64,000 nucleotides of DNA from an uncultured Lachnospiraceae bacterium. GTDB taxonomy: Bacteria > Bacillota > Clostridia > Lachnospirales > Lachnospiraceae. Both the position numbers and the translations under genes were made by a program. Of this stretch, positions 40,485 to 49,999 are shown one piece after another. The stretch's first letter is position 1; each line of letters starts with the position of its first letter. Under the pieces are notes generated by a model, which ran no database searches, had not been told where the DNA came from, and saw nothing but the letters and a program-made list of their open reading frames with translations. The stretch covers positions 22,541-86,540 of the forward strand of contig CAJFOF010000061.1 in assembly GCA_904395885.1 (NCBI GenBank), given 5' to 3'.

Positions 40485-41579
40485 TTAATGTTCGCCTTCC
40501 ATAAAGCGCTTAGCTTGCTCTGCAATCAGCTCTTTATCCTCAAAGTAGTTGATCTTCATGGAGCGCTTTACATCTGCCAGAGTTTCGGCAGCCACGGCTT
40601 CAGCCTTCTTGCTGCCTGCCTCCAGAATTTCATAGACTTCAGGTATCTTCTTTTCCCACTCTTTTCTCCTCTGGCGGATTGGCTCCAGCTCCTCCTGCAG
40701 AACGGCATTTAAGAATTTCTTGACCTTGACATCACCCAGGCCGCCTCTGGTGTAGTGAGCTTTCAGCTCATCCAGGTTCTGGTAATCAGGAAGGTATTTT
40801 GCAAAATGTTCGTCTCTGCAGAATGCGTCCAGATAGATAAAGACCGGGTTGCCTTCCACCTGGCCGGGATCCTCCACTCGCAAATGGTTGGGATCCGTAA
40901 ACATGGACATAATCTTTTTCTTCACATCTGCTTCACTGTCTGATAAGTAAATGCAGTTTCCAAGTGACTTGCTCATCTTTGCCTTGCCGTCGGTTCCAGG
41001 AAGGCGCAGGCAGGCTTTATTGTCCGGCAGCAGGATCTCCGGCATTGTGAGGGTTTCCCCGTAGACGGTATTAAACTTATGGACGATCTCTCTGGTCTGC
41101 TCCAGCATGGGCATCTGATCTTCCCCTACCGGCACGGTAGTGGCCTTAAAAGCAGTGATGTCTGCCGCCTGGCTGATCGGATAAGTAAAGAATCCTACCG
41201 GGATACTGGCCTCGAAATTCCGCATCTGAATCTCTGATTTGACGGTAGGATTTCTCTGAAGTCGTGAGACAGTTACCAGATTCATATAGTAAAAGGACAA
41301 CTCACACAGCTCCGGCACCTGAGACTGGATAAACAGAGTGGATTTCTTCGGGTCTAATCCACAGGCCAGATAATCCAGAGCTACCTCAATGATATTCTGG
41401 CGTACTTTTTCCGGGTTATCGGCATTGTCTGTAAGTGCCTGTGCATCGGCGATCATAATGAAAACTTCATCATATTCTCCGGAATTCTGCAATTCCACTC
41501 TTCTCTTTAATGAGCCAACATAGTGGCCAACATGAAGACGCCCTGTGGGCCGGTCTCCTGTTAATATAATTTTTCCCAT
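40485..41579 (-). CDS. trpS: Tryptophan--tRNA ligase
   Basis: [17 protein letters not shown] (HIGH-type) and KMSKSLGN, in a class Ic architecture. The 364 aa protein has a C-terminal extension. Confidence 0.88.
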   Translation of the reverse strand: MGKIILTGDRPTGRLHVGHYVGSLKRRVELQNSGEYDEVFIMIADAQALTDNADNPEKVRQNIIEVALDYLACGLDPKKSTLFIQSQVPELCELSFYYMNLVTVSRLQRNPTVKSEIQMRNFEASIPVGFFTYPISQAADITAFKATTVPVGEDQMPMLEQTREIVHKFNTVYGETLTMPEILLPDNKACLRLPGTDGKAKMSKSLGNCIYLSDSEADVKKKIMSMFTDPNHLRVEDPGQVEGNPVFIYLDAFCRDEHFAKYLPDYQNLDELKAHYTRGGLGDVKVKKFLNAVLQEELEPIRQRRKEWEKKIPEVYEILEAGSKKAEAVAAETLADVKRSMKINYFEDKELIAEQAKRFMEGEH

Positions 41580-41612
41580 TGGTATGTTCCTCCGATTATG
41601 GTGTCTTATGAA

Positions 41613-41641
41613 ATGATACCCCCAATGCCGCAGTCTGTCAA
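41613..41641 (-). promoter_or_regulatory. Sigma-A type promoter of trpS
   Basis: Minus strand: TTGACA, 17 nt spacer, TATCAT, about 30 nt upstream of the start. There is no room for a T-box leader. Confidence 0.6.
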
Positions 41642-41704
41642 GCAGGTTGCGGTATCAGGGGTATGTTCTGGCGTTTTTTTCCTGTCAGAAACTGCCGTGG
41701 AACG

Positions 41705-43105
41705 TCAGTTGTGGCAGATAATAGGCATGTTTTTGTATACGTGCTCGTAGAGAACAGCGGCCTTGGCCGGCGGCAGATTGATACAGCCGTGGGAACCGTT
41801 GGTCTTATAGATCTCCCCGCCGAAACTGCTGCGCCAGTCGGCATCATGAAGGCCGATTCCGCCGTTAAACGGCATCCAGTATTTTACAGGGGTCGCATAA
41901 TCTTCTCCCCGCAAAACCTTGTCTTTCTGCTTGTAGTACAAGCCAAAGATTCCCGGAGGGGTTGTCCAGTCTTTGGATACGTTGCCGGACACAAAGGGAG
42001 AATCCAGAATACACTGGCCATTTTCTACCAGATACATGTGCTGATTTCCCAGATCCACCTCCACATAGGTCATTCCGTAGTCGTTTCCGCTGCGGCTGGC
42101 TGCCGTCTGAGAATAAGCAGGTTCTTTCTCCAGGCTCTGCCCGTTCAGGATAGCTGCCGTCAATGCTTGGGTTTCGGCGGCCTGGTCGATTTTCCAGCCG
42201 TAAGGTCCGGTCACAGTCACGTCCTGCCCGGTTGCTGTGCGGAAAAGATGAGGTTTGCCGGCCGTGTCATACTTGTCTGCCAGAGTCTTTATGTATGCGG
42301 CAACCTGATTTTGGTCCACTGTAATCCCGGTTTCCGGAACCCAGGTAAGCCAGGAAACAATGGTCTTCCCATCCAGTACCTCCTTTGCATCACCGAACAG
42401 ATAGGTGATCGCCATAGATGCTCTCTGATTCATCGCATCACACTGATTTTTCAACCCTTCATCTGTGGAATAGACCTGAACCTGATTGTAACAGCCAGCC
42501 TCGTCCAGGTTTAATTCCGTGCGGTGGTTTGCCAAGGCATCCTTAACTGCAGCCGCCAGAGATTCCATATTGATGTCATTGCCCTGAACTTCCGGCAAAA
42601 TTGTAAATCCGGTTTCTTCTGAATAGTCTGAGATCCGGGCATTCTGTGTCTTTATGATGTCGCTTCGGGTGACACAGGTCAGTGACTGAAGTTTCTGTTG
42701 AAACGCCTCCTCATTGTACTGGATCTCCATAGGAATGTCGTAGCTGTTATCAATAGCCGGACCGGATATCCGCCCGCTTTCATTTTCACGGGTAAGAATC
42801 TCATCTAACCCTTCTCCCACTGTGACCTTTAACTGGATATCCACATCACGGATCGTATCTTTATTTCCCTCCCGATCGGTCAGCGTCAGCGAATAGCTTC
42901 CCTGATAAAAGGATTCGATCCGTTCCTTTGCCTCTGAGGGTGTCATTCCCGCTACGCCAACACCGTTAACTTTCGTGCCATCTACAAACACTTCCGGGTT
43001 ATTCTGCGTATTATTAATCCCTGCATATGCGGTCACCGCGGTGGCAAGGCAGAGGGCCGCAGCAGTGCAGAGAATCGTCATTTGTCTGCCGATGAATTTC
43101 AACAT
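41705..43105 (-). CDS. L,D-transpeptidase (YkuD/ErfK family) with a long N-terminal extracellular region
   Basis: The C-terminal catalytic domain is ...GIGLHDADWRSSFGGEIYKTNGSHGCINLP. The signal peptide is MLKFIGRQMTILCTAAALCLATAVTAYA. The start is at ATG 43105-43103, with AGGAGGA upstream. Confidence 0.88.
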   Translation of the reverse strand: MLKFIGRQMTILCTAAALCLATAVTAYAGINNTQNNPEVFVDGTKVNGVGVAGMTPSEAKERIESFYQGSYSLTLTDREGNKDTIRDVDIQLKVTVGEGLDEILTRENESGRISGPAIDNSYDIPMEIQYNEEAFQQKLQSLTCVTRSDIIKTQNARISDYSEETGFTILPEVQGNDINMESLAAAVKDALANHRTELNLDEAGCYNQVQVYSTDEGLKNQCDAMNQRASMAITYLFGDAKEVLDGKTIVSWLTWVPETGITVDQNQVAAYIKTLADKYDTAGKPHLFRTATGQDVTVTGPYGWKIDQAAETQALTAAILNGQSLEKEPAYSQTAASRSGNDYGMTYVEVDLGNQHMYLVENGQCILDSPFVSGNVSKDWTTPPGIFGLYYKQKDKVLRGEDYATPVKYWMPFNGGIGLHDADWRSSFGGEIYKTNGSHGCINLPPAKAAVLYEHVYKNMPIICHN

Positions 43106-43142
43106 AGACTTCCTCCTGCTTTTTCCTGAAATTGCTAGGGAT

Positions 43143-43171
43143 ATTGTACCCTTGCCTGAACAAAAAGTCAA
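43143..43171 (-). promoter_or_regulatory. Sigma-A type promoter of the L,D-transpeptidase gene
   Basis: Minus strand: TTGACT, 17 nt spacer, TACAAT. Confidence 0.55.
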
Positions 43172-43214
43172 CGAAGCAAACATTACAGTTTTCTAACATT
43201 TTATTGAACTCTAT

Positions 43215-43251
43215 AAATTCAGGCGGCACAAATGCTGTACCGCCTGAATTT
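43215..43251 (-). terminator. Terminator hairpin downstream of the secreted tandem-domain protein gene
   Basis: AAATTCAGGCGG pairs with CCGCCTGAATTT with a 13 nt loop, immediately after the stop at 43256. Confidence 0.6.
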
Positions 43252-43255
43252 GCAA

Positions 43256-44062
43256 CTACTGCACGATCGTATCAATTTTCCAAGTTCCGCTGCTTTTATT
43301 CATATAAAATCCAGAGATACCGCCGACCTGAACAGAGCCGCTGTTTTCCTGGAGTTTGGACAGATCTGCCTGCATAATGGCTTCCACCATCTCATCAGTA
43401 AAGACCTTTTTCTCTCCCAGATCCATCATTTCCTTCTGAGTCTGTACATCCTGGATTCTGCCGTCAGAAAAATAAATTTTTACCGGGTAGCTGCAGGAAG
43501 CAGAGAGGGTTTCCAAATCTCTGTAGTAGAAAGTCTTCTGAAATTGTTCTGCAGCGGAAGCCATATCTCCGGTGATGCCACTGATAGAAGGGGTGGGGGC
43601 TGAAACTTTTTCCATGTAAATACGGGTAATCTTCCATTTTCCCTTTACTTTTTTCATTACCACGCCATTGTTGTTTCCGATTTGCAGCTCACCCTTGGAG
43701 GAAGCCGAAATCTTGGCGGTATTGGCAGCAGCTATATCATCCAACAGGCTCTGTGTGAAAATAGTCTGACTTCCCAATGCCATAAACTCTTTGCTGGTCT
43801 TTATCTTTTTTGCGTTTCCGCTGCTATCTGTAAAGGAAAGCGGATACGAGCACAGGGAAGACAATTTTTTCATATCCTGGCTGTCAAACGCCTCCTGAAC
43901 AGCACCAGCAGCGTCCCGCATTTTCATTTCAGAGGTAGCTGACACTGTCGTTCTTGGCCTGGCGTATGCAGGGACAGCCGGCATAGAGACAGCGAAAGCC
44001 ATTGCACAAAATATAGCCGTAGTCAGATTTCTCATCATTTTGGTAAGCACTGTTTTTCTCAT
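43256..44062 (-). CDS. Secreted protein of unknown function built from two tandem homologous domains of about 105 aa
   Basis: The start is at MRKTVLTKMMRNLTTAIFCAMAFAVSMPAVPAYA (signal peptide; ATG 44062-44060, GAGGG upstream). Both halves share the pattern L..L...CSYP...S.G.....KE.M.LG...FT...Q.G...G..M.K..G.WKI..I. Confidence 0.7.
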   Translation of the reverse strand: MRKTVLTKMMRNLTTAIFCAMAFAVSMPAVPAYARPRTTVSATSEMKMRDAAGAVQEAFDSQDMKKLSSLCSYPLSFTDSSGNAKKIKTSKEFMALGSQTIFTQSLLDDIAAANTAKISASSKGELQIGNNNGVVMKKVKGKWKITRIYMEKVSAPTPSISGITGDMASAAEQFQKTFYYRDLETLSASCSYPVKIYFSDGRIQDVQTQKEMMDLGEKKVFTDEMVEAIMQADLSKLQENSGSVQVGGISGFYMNKSSGTWKIDTIVQ

Positions 44063-44109
44063 TGGTATTACCCTCTTTCTTTTCGTTGTTTTTGAATGGT
44101 TACATTCGT

Positions 44110-44137
44110 TAGACGAGGGTGGCATGAGAAAAGTTGC
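44110..44137 (-). promoter_or_regulatory. ECF-type promoter matching the autoregulatory promoter at 40353-40380
   Basis: Minus strand reads GCAAC-TTTTCTCATGCCACCCT-CGTCTAAC (17 nt spacer), 48 nt upstream of the ATG at 44062. Confidence 0.55.
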
Positions 44138-44264
44138 AGCTTTTTTTAAATATTGTATGTTTACAGCTCGATGCCGTTGGTTGCGATGCATCTCTGATAC
44201 CAGGCAAAGGAATTTTTCTTTTACGTCTCCCGCCTCCATTCGACTGCGGCGGAGTAAGCCCCGC

Positions 44265-45257
44265 TTAGAGGAGTCGCTCCGCTTTTGCCATTTTTTCAAA
44301 TTTTTCCGGCAGATTGGCGGTAAATTCTTTCCCGGAAAGATACGTGAATGGCTCGTCCAGTGTCCGGGGCATGATAAATTTCCAGGAATGGAGAAGCTGG
44401 GAAGAGATTCCGTAGGCTTTTTTAAGCTGTTCATTGACCGGCGGGCTGCCATATTTATGATCCCCTGCGATGGGATGTCCGAGGGAAGCCAGATGGGCGC
44501 GGATCTGGTGGGTTCGTCCTGTCAAAAGCTCTACTTTCAGCAGAGTAAATCTTCCATTCTCCTGCAGGGGAACATAGCTGGTTGCAATAGGGGAACTTCC
44601 CGGCACCTCACTCTGAAAGACAGTCACCCGGTTGGTCTTTTCATCTTTTTTTAGGAAGCCTTCCACTCTCCTGCTCTCCTTCAGACACCCTGCAACAATG
44701 CATAAGTAGTACTTCTGTATTGTCCGGTCTTTCAAGACGCGGGACAGCATCTGCAGTCCTGCCAGCGTCTTCCCTGCTGCAATCAGACCGCTGGTATTCC
44801 GGTCCAGACGGTTGCAGACAGAAGGACGGAAGGTTTTGAGTTCCTCTTCTCTAAGCTGACCGGAATCCAGCAGATAGGAAATTACCATCTCTACCATGGA
44901 AATATCTGTTTCTTTTGCCTTTTGGGACAGAATGCCCACAGGCTTGTTGAGAAGGAGAATGTGATCATCTTCATATACAATGGATAACGGCGGTCCTGCA
45001 GGCTGTTTAGAAGCTGTTGGGGAAAGGGGTTCTCTGCTGCCGGAAAATTTTTCGATTGTCTCATCGGCTAAAAAAAGGCGAATTTCATCGCCTTCCTTCA
45101 GCCGTTCAGAGCCATCACATTTCTTTCCATTCAAAGTAATATTTTTTTTTCGCAGCATCTTATATAAAAAGCCTTTCCCGGCCTGATTCAGATACTTTGC
45201 CAACAGCTTATCCAAACGCTGCCCCGCTTCATTGGTTCCTACCGTCAGAAGACGCAT
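44265..45257 (-). CDS. RluA family pseudouridine synthase (RluC/RluD type, with S4 domain)
   Basis: N-terminal S4-like RLDKLLAKYL. Catalytic motif NRLDRNTSGLI and HQIRAHLASLGHPIAGD. Confidence 0.88.
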   Translation of the reverse strand: MRLLTVGTNEAGQRLDKLLAKYLNQAGKGFLYKMLRKKNITLNGKKCDGSERLKEGDEIRLFLADETIEKFSGSREPLSPTASKQPAGPPLSIVYEDDHILLLNKPVGILSQKAKETDISMVEMVISYLLDSGQLREEELKTFRPSVCNRLDRNTSGLIAAGKTLAGLQMLSRVLKDRTIQKYYLCIVAGCLKESRRVEGFLKKDEKTNRVTVFQSEVPGSSPIATSYVPLQENGRFTLLKVELLTGRTHQIRAHLASLGHPIAGDHKYGSPPVNEQLKKAYGISSQLLHSWKFIMPRTLDEPFTYLSGKEFTANLPEKFEKMAKAERLL

Positions 45258-45271
45258 ATTGATAAACTCCT

Positions 45272-45838
45272 TTACATCGATAATTGCTTTAACAGAGCGG
45301 CTTCCATTTCTATGCGATTTGTATCGTCAGTCTCTGCTGTTTTTAAACTCTTTAAACGGCGCTTAAACGAGTCCTCATCCGAAAAGATCTTAATATGGCT
45401 GCCAAGGCTGTGGGCAGAAAACATTCCCTTTAAAAACGTTTCCGCCTTTGCCTTGTCCAGCTTTGGACCGGTACAGCACAGATAGACGCCTGTTTGATGA
45501 ATGGCCGCGGCATCAATAGGGATGATCTGTTCTTTGGATGTGACAATCAACTCATACAGCATCAGGCATCGGTTCTCGTAAGGGGAGATGGCCTGATAGA
45601 AGCTGTCCTTTGGCGCAGGGTATCGGATGGCTGCCAGAAACGGGGAAGCCACATTGGCCACAGGCAGAACCATCAGGACTGCCAGAACTGTCAATATGTT
45701 TTTTGCCGCCTGATTGTCTGTAAAATTCCGTGCCACTAACTGCCCGATAATCATGGCCGCTCCAATTATAATCTCAATAAGCTGAATTTTTCTGCGGTAG
45801 TTCCGGTAACCGCGGCAGCCTTTGGCGATTCGCCTCAT
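45272..45838 (-). CDS. Membrane protein of unknown function (2 TM helices + soluble C-terminal domain)
   Basis: The start at MRRIAKGCRGY is an ATGA overlap with the stop of the SDR gene. Hydrophobic segments are IIIGAAMIIGQLV and ILTVLAVLMVLPVANVASPFLAAI. Confidence 0.55.
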   Translation of the reverse strand: MRRIAKGCRGYRNYRRKIQLIEIIIGAAMIIGQLVARNFTDNQAAKNILTVLAVLMVLPVANVASPFLAAIRYPAPKDSFYQAISPYENRCLMLYELIVTSKEQIIPIDAAAIHQTGVYLCCTGPKLDKAKAETFLKGMFSAHSLGSHIKIFSDEDSFKRRLKSLKTAETDDTNRIEMEAALLKQLSM

Positions 45839-46644
45839 CTTTCGTTGTCTCCTTTCCGCAGCAAGTCCATCATGGCTAAGAGCCATTCATGGGGAATTAT
45901 CTTAGTTAAAATCCAAAAGGCTTTCATGAGAGGGCCATGGACAGACACCCGTTTTCCCATCACAGAATCGCGAAGGGCAGTTTTTACGACCTTCTCCGGT
46001 TTTGCCATAGCAAGGCGTTTATAAAAAGGGTATGCTGTTGTGCGCTCTCTTCCCTGATCCATGGCCTGAAAAAATTCGGTCTTTACAGGGCCAGGACAGA
46101 CCGCTGTCACGCAGATTCCTTTTGGACGCAGTTCCCGGTCCAACCCACGGCTGTAGCTGAGGACAAAGGCTTTTGAGGCGGCATAAACTGCAAAGCCCGG
46201 CTGAGGCATAAAAGCTGCCGCTGAGGCAAATTGCAGTATGCGGGCGCCTTTGACCAGATAGGGCAGGACCAGGTGGGTCACGGTACACAGCGCCTCGCAG
46301 TTTACCCTCACCATATCCCCCTCATCCTCCACAGGAATCTGAGAAGAGGGACCGTCTTTTCCAAATCCGGCAGCATTGGCCAGAAACCGGACAGCCGGAT
46401 TTTCTTTCCTGAGAGCCTCCGCAAAGGGGATCAGCTCATCCCTTTGAGAGAGGTCGGCCACAAACAGACGCAGCGGCACAGGTGATTCCTTTTCAAGCTG
46501 CTGTAACCGTTCTTCTCTTCTTGCGACAACCCAGATTTCCTCCAGCACTCCAAAACGGTCAGCAAGCTGGAGAACGGCTTCCCGCCCCATTCCGGAGGAG
46601 GCTCCGGTTACAATGGCAATCGATTTGCGGCGCAGTTTCTCCAT
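45835..46644 (-). CDS. SDR family oxidoreductase
   Basis: TGASSGMG cofactor motif, catalytic YAASK, 269 aa. Confidence 0.85.
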   Translation of the reverse strand: MEKLRRKSIAIVTGASSGMGREAVLQLADRFGVLEEIWVVARREERLQQLEKESPVPLRLFVADLSQRDELIPFAEALRKENPAVRFLANAAGFGKDGPSSQIPVEDEGDMVRVNCEALCTVTHLVLPYLVKGARILQFASAAAFMPQPGFAVYAASKAFVLSYSRGLDRELRPKGICVTAVCPGPVKTEFFQAMDQGRERTTAYPFYKRLAMAKPEKVVKTALRDSVMGKRVSVHGPLMKAFWILTKIIPHEWLLAMMDLLRKGDNER

Positions 46645-46648
46645 ATTA

Positions 46649-48532
46649 TCAGCTTCCCTTCTTTTTGTGGATATTCCGAATCGTTTTCTTTTTCGGCTGT
46701 GACCCTTGGCGTCTTTCCTGAGAAGGTCTTTTTCCCTTGTCCGGACGGATCAGGCATTTGGGACCATAGCCGATCAGATCGGTTCTTCCGGCCAGCCGGA
46801 GAGCTTCCTCCACCAGTTCCCGGTTTTCCGGCCGCCGGTATTGGATCAAGGCCCGCTGCATCGCCTTTTCGTGTGGATTTGCAGGAACATAGACCGGCTT
46901 CATGGTTCTGGGATCCAGCCCTGTATAATACATGCAGGTAGAGAGTGTGGAAGGGGTGGGATAAAAATCCTGCACCTGTTCCGGCATATAGCCCAGATCC
47001 CTCAGATACTCAGCCAGCTCTACGGCTGCCTTCATAGTAGACCCGGGATGGGAGGACATCAGATAGGGAACCAGGTACTGCTTCAGCCCCAGTCGTTGGT
47101 TCATCTCTTTATATTCCTGACAGAATTTCCGATACACCCGGTTTTCCGGTTTTCCCATCAGGCTTAGAACCTGATCGGAAACGTGTTCCGGCGCTACTTT
47201 TAGCTGGCCGCTGACGTGGTACTGACACAATTCTTTTAAGAACTGTCTGCTGCTGTCTGCCAGCACATAATCAAAACGGATGCCGGAACGGACAAAAACT
47301 TTTTTGACTTTGGGAAGTTTTCTTAATTTTTGCAACAGTTCCACATAGTCTGTGTGGTCAGCCCTCAGATTTTTGCAGGGCTTGGGAAACAGACACTGTC
47401 TCTGCCGACAGGCTCCGTGCTCCAGTTGCTTTTCACAGGCAGGATAGCGGAAATTGGCGGTAGGACCGCCTACATCGTGGATATATCCCTTAAAATCCGG
47501 TTCTTCCGTCAGCATCTTTGCCTCTTCTACCAGAGATTCATGACTCCTTGCCTGGATAATCCGCCCCTGATGGAAGGTCAGGGCGCAGAAGCTGCAAGAG
47601 CCAAAGCAGCCTCGGTTGCTGATCAGGCTGAACTTGATTTCTGAGAATGCCGGGACACCGCCCAGAGGATCGTAAGAAGGATGCCAGGCTCTCATATAGG
47701 GCAGACTGTAAACGCGGTCCATCTCTTCCATGGTCAGAGGCTTTGAGGGCGGATTTTGGACGACGTAGAGATTATCCCGGTAAGGTTCCACCAGCCGCTT
47801 TCCGGATATGGGATCCGTGTTGCAGTATTGAGTATAAAAGCTTTCGGCATAGATTTTTTTGTCTGCGGTCATCTCGTCATATGAGGGAAGGACAATGGCA
47901 TCATAGACGCTGTCCAGGCTGGAAGTCTTATAGACCGTGCCGTCAATAAAGGTGATATCCCGGATGTTCAGACCCGAATCCAAAGCGTCAGCGATCTCAA
48001 CGATTGATCTCTCTCCCATCCCATAAGAAATCAGGTCTGCCTGGGAATCGATGAGAATCGAGTGTTTCAGTTTGCCTGCCCAGTAATCGTAATGGGCCAG
48101 TCTTCGCAGGCTGGCTTCGATCCCGCCTATGATGACAGGTATTTTCGGGTACGTTCTCCGGATCAGGTTGCAGTACACAGTTACGGCGTAATCCGGCCGC
48201 TTTCCCATGACGCCTCCGGGAGTATAAGCGTCATTTTTCCGCCTCTTTTTGGAGACTGTATAGTGGTTGACCATAGAGTCCATATTACCGCCAGAGACCA
48301 GAAAGCCAAGCCTGGGTTCCCCCAGAATGGCGATACTCCCGTCGTCCTTCCAATCCGGCTGGGAAATAATGCCTACTTTGTAGCCTCTGGATTCCAGGAC
48401 ACGGCTGATGATTGCTGTACCAAAAGAGGGATGGTCAACATAGGCATCCCCTGTGACATAGACGAAATCACACTGAGTCCATCCTCTTTTTTCCATATCG
48501 ACCCGGCAAATGGGCAGAAAATCGCCGTTCAT
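46649..48532 (-). CDS. ygiQ: YgiQ family (UPF0313) radical SAM protein
   Basis: N-terminal DFVYVTGDAYVDHPSFG, radical-SAM Cys cluster RGCFGSCSFCAL, basic C-terminal tail, 627 aa. Confidence 0.85.
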   Translation of the reverse strand: MNGDFLPICRVDMEKRGWTQCDFVYVTGDAYVDHPSFGTAIISRVLESRGYKVGIISQPDWKDDGSIAILGEPRLGFLVSGGNMDSMVNHYTVSKKRRKNDAYTPGGVMGKRPDYAVTVYCNLIRRTYPKIPVIIGGIEASLRRLAHYDYWAGKLKHSILIDSQADLISYGMGERSIVEIADALDSGLNIRDITFIDGTVYKTSSLDSVYDAIVLPSYDEMTADKKIYAESFYTQYCNTDPISGKRLVEPYRDNLYVVQNPPSKPLTMEEMDRVYSLPYMRAWHPSYDPLGGVPAFSEIKFSLISNRGCFGSCSFCALTFHQGRIIQARSHESLVEEAKMLTEEPDFKGYIHDVGGPTANFRYPACEKQLEHGACRQRQCLFPKPCKNLRADHTDYVELLQKLRKLPKVKKVFVRSGIRFDYVLADSSRQFLKELCQYHVSGQLKVAPEHVSDQVLSLMGKPENRVYRKFCQEYKEMNQRLGLKQYLVPYLMSSHPGSTMKAAVELAEYLRDLGYMPEQVQDFYPTPSTLSTCMYYTGLDPRTMKPVYVPANPHEKAMQRALIQYRRPENRELVEEALRLAGRTDLIGYGPKCLIRPDKGKRPSQERRQGSQPKKKTIRNIHKKKGS

Positions 48533-49188
48533 CGCTTCACTCCATTCAAAAGTTCAAAAAAGTCCTCAATAAAGTAATCGGCCAGACGTTTCTTTTCCTC
48601 CCTCAAGTGTCTGGAAAAGGGATCCTCCACAGCATAGACGGTCATACCGGCGTTTTTGCCGGCCATGATTCCGGCGGGGACATCTTCAAAGACCGCACAG
48701 TCTTTTGGAGCCACTCCCAGCAGCCCGGCCACTCTCAGATAAATGTCAGGAGCCGGCTTGCCGGCCGCCACCTCGCAGGCAGTAGAAACTGCCTGAAAAT
48801 AATCCCGGATATTCAGGGATTCCAGGACTGTGTCAACGAGTATCCTGCCGTTGCTGGTGGCGATCCCTGCTTTCATATGGCTGCTCTTTAAATAATCCAG
48901 GAATTCTTTGGCTCCTGGCTTTAAGGGCACTTCGTTTCTGTATTTTTCCAGGGACATTCTGGTCCATGCAGCTTTGATTTCGTCAAGGGAATCGGGGATC
49001 TGGAACCGCTCTTTAAAATATACTGCGGTTTCGGAAAAACTCATCCCCTCTATAGTTCTCTGAAGATCGTCCGGGCAGGCGTATCCAAAACCGGCCAGAT
49101 ATTCAATATCGATCTCTTTCCACATCCACATGGAATCCACCAGGGTTCCATCTAAGTCAAAAATAACGGCTTTCTTTTGTTCTAGCAT
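48529..49188 (-). CDS. HAD family hydrolase (beta-phosphoglucomutase-like phosphatase subfamily IA)
   Basis: DLDGTLVDS motif I, TSN motif II, FEDVPAGIMAGKNAGM motif III/IV. There is an ATGA overlap with the ygiQ start. Confidence 0.82.
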   Translation of the reverse strand: MLEQKKAVIFDLDGTLVDSMWMWKEIDIEYLAGFGYACPDDLQRTIEGMSFSETAVYFKERFQIPDSLDEIKAAWTRMSLEKYRNEVPLKPGAKEFLDYLKSSHMKAGIATSNGRILVDTVLESLNIRDYFQAVSTACEVAAGKPAPDIYLRVAGLLGVAPKDCAVFEDVPAGIMAGKNAGMTVYAVEDPFSRHLREEKKRLADYFIEDFFELLNGVKR

Positions 49189-49228
49189 CTTACACCTATC
49201 CTGATTCTATCGTTGTATTTTTTTGCTC

Positions 49229-49999
49229 TCATGTATTTTTTAAACACTCGATCTCTTCTTCAGTCAATCTGCGGTACTCTCCTGGAAGAAGCTTGTCATC
49301 CAGTTTCAACGGTCCCATGGACAGCCGCTTTAAGTATATAACCTGACAGCCCAGGGCCTCGAACATCCTTTTTACCTGGTGAAACTTCCCTTCCTGTATG
49401 GTCAGAGTTACCTTCGTCACCGGGATGCCTTCTTCTGAAGGGGTGGAGACTGACTCTATAATTTTCAAGACTGCCGGGAGAGTTTTCCACCCATCCTCCA
49501 TATCAATTCCATCTTCCATCCTTTTGACTGCATTTTCCGGAAGACGGCCTTTTACATGGGCCAGATAAACCTTGTCTACATGCTTTTTCGGCGACAGGAG
49601 GCGGTGGGCCAGAGCACCGTCATTGGTAATCAGAAGAAGGCCCTCTGTATCCAGATCCAGCCTTCCAACAGGAAACAGATCCCTCCGCACAGCCCCATCA
49701 ATCAAATCAATCACTGTCTGATAACGGCTGTCCTCTGTGGCCGAAACCACACCCTGGGGTTTATTGAGCATAAAATATTCTGTCGCTGCATACTCCACCG
49801 GTTCTCTGTCGATTTCGACCTGATCCGCCGAGGGGTCTATCTTGCGATCCGACTTTTTCTCCACTTCCCCGTTTACCCGAATCCGGCCTTTCTGAGCCAT
49901 CTCCCGGATCTCTTTTCGGCTTCCTTTTCCCATCTCCACCAAAAAACGGTCCAAGCGCAAGGGTTTCCTTCCTTTGTCAGCCATTATTGCCACCGCCAT
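49229..49999 (-). CDS. RsuA/RluB family rRNA pseudouridine synthase with S4 domain
   Basis: LRLDRFLVEMG (S4) and GRLDLDTEGLLLITNDG (catalytic Asp). The start could alternatively be the ATG at 49984. Confidence 0.85.
   Translation of the reverse strand: MAVAIMADKGRKPLRLDRFLVEMGKGSRKEIREMAQKGRIRVNGEVEKKSDRKIDPSADQVEIDREPVEYAATEYFMLNKPQGVVSATEDSRYQTVIDLIDGAVRRDLFPVGRLDLDTEGLLLITNDGALAHRLLSPKKHVDKVYLAHVKGRLPENAVKRMEDGIDMEDGWKTLPAVLKIIESVSTPSEEGIPVTKVTLTIQEGKFHQVKRMFEALGCQVIYLKRLSMGPLKLDDKLLPGEYRRLTEEEIECLKNT

Noticed and set aside
41580-41704. Possible T-box leader upstream of trpS, and likewise upstream of hisZ at 34318-34404.
   Set aside because: Both untranslated regions are only about 90-125 nt and contain an ordinary sigma-A promoter close to the start codon. 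There is no space for a specifier/antiterminator structure of 200 nt or more, and no T-box sequence was seen.
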